Assembly: GCF_000002075.1 (NCBI RefSeq)
Contig: NW_004797394.1
Span: 659,187 to 717,363 of the forward strand
DNA from: Aplysia californica
Taxonomy: Eukaryota
Length of the DNA: 58,177 nucleotides
Direction: 5' to 3'
A program made the translations under genes and the position numbers. The first letter of the stretch is position 1; each line of letters starts with the position of its first letter. Below the pieces are notes generated by a model, which worked only from the letters and a program-made list of their open reading frames with translations, did not search any database and was not told where the DNA came from. This document shows, piece after piece, positions 54,631 to 58,177 of this stretch.

Positions 54631-54972
54631 AAATCCACAAAGAAAACACACCAAAGAACGAATCTCAGACAAATGTAATTATTTATACTGCTTTATCCAC
54701 TATAGACGTTTTACCAGCACAATGTTAAAACAAAAACATAAAATGACAGATGTACAAAATCATTTTCATTTGAAAGCATGTCATGTTCATAGATAGCATC
54801 GTAAATCACAACTCTGATGGTCAGTTAACACGGAATAAAAACAATTATACTGTTGTAAATGTCGCATATGTTTCTTTTCTGGAGATAAAGAATAGTCCTG
54901 ATTTTCTATCATATGGTCATTATCCTCGTCGTCGTTGTCACTATCGTCGTCGTCATCATTATTACCATTGTC
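50981..54972 (+). repeat. Near-identical direct duplication, 50981-~52498 versus 53364-54972
   Basis: Identical ORF translations at offset 2383; the second copy runs into an N gap. Confidence 0.95.
51365..51530 (-). mobile_element. RTE-like LINE 3' coding fragment (duplicated at ~53748-53913)
   Basis: ITRKVLDWNSRGKRSRGSPR...KTWNNVKRLAQ resembles an RTE ORF C-terminus. Confidence 0.7.
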
Positions 54973-56304
54973 NNNNNNNNNNNNNNNNNNNNNNNNNNNN
55001 NNNNNNNNNNNNNNNNNNNNNNNNNNNNNNNNNNNNNNNNNNNNNNNNNNNNNNNNNNNNNNNNNNNNNNNNNNNNNNNNNNNNNNNNNNNNNNNNNNNN
55101 NNNNNNNNNNNNNNNNNNNNNNNNNNNNNNNNNNNNNNNNNNNNNNNNNNNNNNNNNNNNNNNNNNNNNNNNNNNNNNNNNNNNNNNCCCCCCCCCCATT
55201 TCTTTCATACATGAAACATACTATTATTCTAATAGTTGATTATAATAGCAGTCATTCTTTCGTTACTCAGTCAAATTTTCATGTATTCCAATTCAATGTG
55301 ACTCGAATAATATCTCAGTGAGAACTTTCTTTATCTGTTTTTATTTATTTATTTTTGAAGAAGGTTTTCCCCTAATACGAAGTGGTAAAGAGTTCTCGTT
55401 TCTCGATATCTGACTATGACACATGGTGTGTGAACAAGCAACTCAAGCATGCTCGACAGGAAAAGAAAAACAGCAGCACACATGTCACAGCCGCAGCAAT
55501 ACGTTACGAGCATTGGTCCCTGACATCGTTTTGAAAACAGAATCATACAATCAACTAAACGTACAACAATTGCAAAGCATGGACATAATTTACATAGGAC
55601 TATGTAAGAGAAATAGTTATAGGGTAATCCAAAGAATATGGCAGCGCATGTTTCTGTACAAGTGGTCACAGAATCAAAATTAAAAAACCCAAGTTTTTTT
55701 AAACTTTAAGTCTCAAAGGCATAAGTCTAGTGCAATGTTTTTCTTTTAGTTTTTATTATCTTCTCAGGCCCTTATGGCTACTTCGAGTTCATCTTGGATG
55801 TATCCCAATCTGCCAGTGCTAGCTTGACACTGATCTAGATTGTGTCAATGGGGGCATAATATACCAATAACGTAACGTAAACGTTCAGAATGGGTATCTA
55901 ATCAGAGGCACAGGGCATGAGTATTGACAATATATTAAACGAAGGCGTTTCCAGTGGCAAGAAATCAATGGTGGGCGTGTTCTCTTGGTTAAACCACTAC
56001 TTCCTAAAGAGAGCGCACCGTAATCCTGAGGGCTGGGTCTATTGGACAGATGTACGATCGAGTCGAGTAGAGAACCAAACTATTTGCTGCACAATCATTA
56101 AGCTTAAAATCCGTTGAGAATAGATTTCCACCTGTCGTACATTAAGAAAACACCCAAAAGGAACAATGCTTGGATATCATAAAGATCACCGATCTAAGAT
56201 ATTTTTGTCTTACAACAATAATTAAACCTAAATGTATCAACCCTTTTCAATATTATCTGTTTATTTAATTAAACAAAATCAGAAACAGAATCTGAGTTTA
56301 GTAT

Positions 56305-56470
56305 CGGCGTCAGTGGTGTAATTGTCAGGCTTTTCACCCTTGTGCACAGAACATGTGAGTTCGATTCCCCATTTCTGTGTGTCTTCTGAGATGTAGTTTT
56401 GACCGCCCCCGCCCCCCCCCCTCGAAAAAATCAAAATTGTGACGATAGGGGCGTAAAAAAATTACAATTA
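56305..56470 (+). mobile_element. tRNA-headed SINE, related to family C at head and tail
   Basis: GTGGTGTAATTG ... GAGTTCGATTCCCC boxes; tail TGACGATAGGGGCGTAAAAAA. Confidence 0.5.
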
Positions 56471-57624
56471 TTGTTCCCCTGACCATACCATGGGAAGCCA
56501 AAGCTCACCCAAGCTGATCTGGATTTTGATAAAATCCATCAGATCAGTCAGACTTTTGACCCCGTCCAACCATTCGGTTTTTCTGTTCAATAAAATCGGA
56601 TCTACTGACTGAAAGCGAGTGGGCATGATTTAATTCTGAAAACTCGGGCTGTGGCAGAGGTCTTCGGGTGATCAAAGTGAAAAAATAAGTTTTGAACCAT
56701 TCAACACAATAGGACGATCGTATGAAGGCAGATGTCTAGGTCTCCATTTTGAGCTCACTTTACTCCGGGGTTAACACTCTCAGCACGGTCAACATAAGGG
56801 GGAGCTGTGATGTCGTGCCCAAAGTATGATTTTTAAATTACCAAACATAGTTTCTGATACGATAAAGAAACTCTTTTCCTAAATTTCGCGAATGTCAAAA
56901 GACGGATAGATCTAACACATATTGTCTTGACAATACTATAATGCATTTGAAGACAAAATATACATTAAATGGTAATTTTTATGGGACATAGAATGGAAAT
57001 TAAAATTACAAAAGGAACAAGATGCATACGTGGATTAATTTCATGAACCATATTATGTATACAATAGGACACACCAAAGACGTTTGATTTCGGAATGCTT
57101 GCTGGGTAAAAAATATTTTCACAAGTTTTGGTGGGACTGTATTTGTCCGCCAGTCATTCATCATAACACTCTCAGAATAATGGTACATGTACATAATTTA
57201 TTTATTATACTTCCAAATCATTTTACAGTACCCTACAAAAGTCCAAGTCCACATTATTGCAATAACATACATGTACACACAAACAGAAATGGAGTCTGTT
57301 CCATGTTCCTGTTCAATTTTCTAATTATGATGTATTTGTACTTTTGTGCCTGTTTATCCCCTTTCTCTGTTTTTCTGCTTATCAGTCTGTTTGTCTCTCA
57401 GTCTCTTCCTCTCCTTTCATATTTTTCATCTCCCGTGCTGTTGGAGTCGGGGAAAAACCCACCTCAAAATGCCAAACCAAAATAAAATAAAATTGAAAAT
57501 AGATCCCTCCGCCTCCCATAGACAAAGACAAATATGAAAAAAAAACCAACAACAGGTAAATGTACAAAGTAGACTAGGTGTCTCAAGCTCGCAGCTCTCA
57601 CGCCAGTTGATCCTCGCAGTACGA

Positions 57625-58177
57625 TATTTTATTATATTTTATGGCCCCTAATGACTATAACTATAGATCTATTAGCATTAGGCCTAGTGCGGCCCGCTCG
57701 TTTTTCTCACAAGCACGTTGCTGCTGGGTTGTTGCCCTTAAGGGGGGGGGGGGGGGGCTACACCTGGAGGCTATCTCGCTTATTACTGGAGCGAATTTTA
57801 CCAAATTTCACACATATAACAAGTATAGTAAGGAGTCTAACAATCCGCAATCAAATTTGAGAAAAACGTTTCGTTTCCATGGATACGCCGCCATATTGGA
57901 TTTTATTGACATGTTTTACGTAATGAATACCGCACTTATCGTTCGTGGAAATTGATAGTTTTTTTGCATGCGTGCTTACAAACATTAGATCTAAAAATTT
58001 GTCTGTTGTTTTTTTCCTAATCGAATTAGAAAATTTTTAATGAATTTTTTCCTGAGGTAACATTCAAGTTTGCGAAAAATCCGTGAAAATCCACACTCCA
58101 GACACCACCAACAAAAATCTATTCCATATATCAAAAATTCAACGAATAAATTTTTAGTATTATCTCTTCTCTTCATT
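57625..58177. repeat. Probable non-autonomous interspersed repeat (Helentron/HINE-like), unclassified
   Basis: GAATTTTACCAAATTTCACACA and GCCGCCATATTGGATTTT motifs typical of such repeats; classification by recognition only. Confidence 0.35.

Overview
Eukaryotic (animal) draft-genome sequence with GT-AG introns, N gaps next to microsatellites, and many SINEs, LINE fragments and MITEs. The repeat style suggests a mollusc, but that is inference. Two protein-coding genes converge. (1) On +, an MRP1/ABCC1-like long ABCC transporter: I traced 31 coding exons by hand from 2657 to 31756 (4623 nt, 1540 aa plus stop, ending MAKDAGLV*). The ATG-containing first exon was not found. (2) On -, a single-coding-exon BTB/POZ + RG/AT-hook + 9xC2H2 zinc-finger gene (47466->44566, 966 aa). 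The rest is repeats: pogo/Tigger, mariner-like and hAT-like MITEs (some nested), three tRNA-derived SINE families, L2 and RTE remnants, a ~0.87 kb tandem duplication at the start, and a ~1.5 kb near-identical duplication near the end that may be an assembly artefact. I found no convincing new biological system. The most unusual observations are tandem repeats seeded at ABCC 5' splice sites, an intron bounded by a 9-bp direct repeat, a remodelled substrate-pocket sequence in the transporter, and a perfect palindromic mini-insertion.
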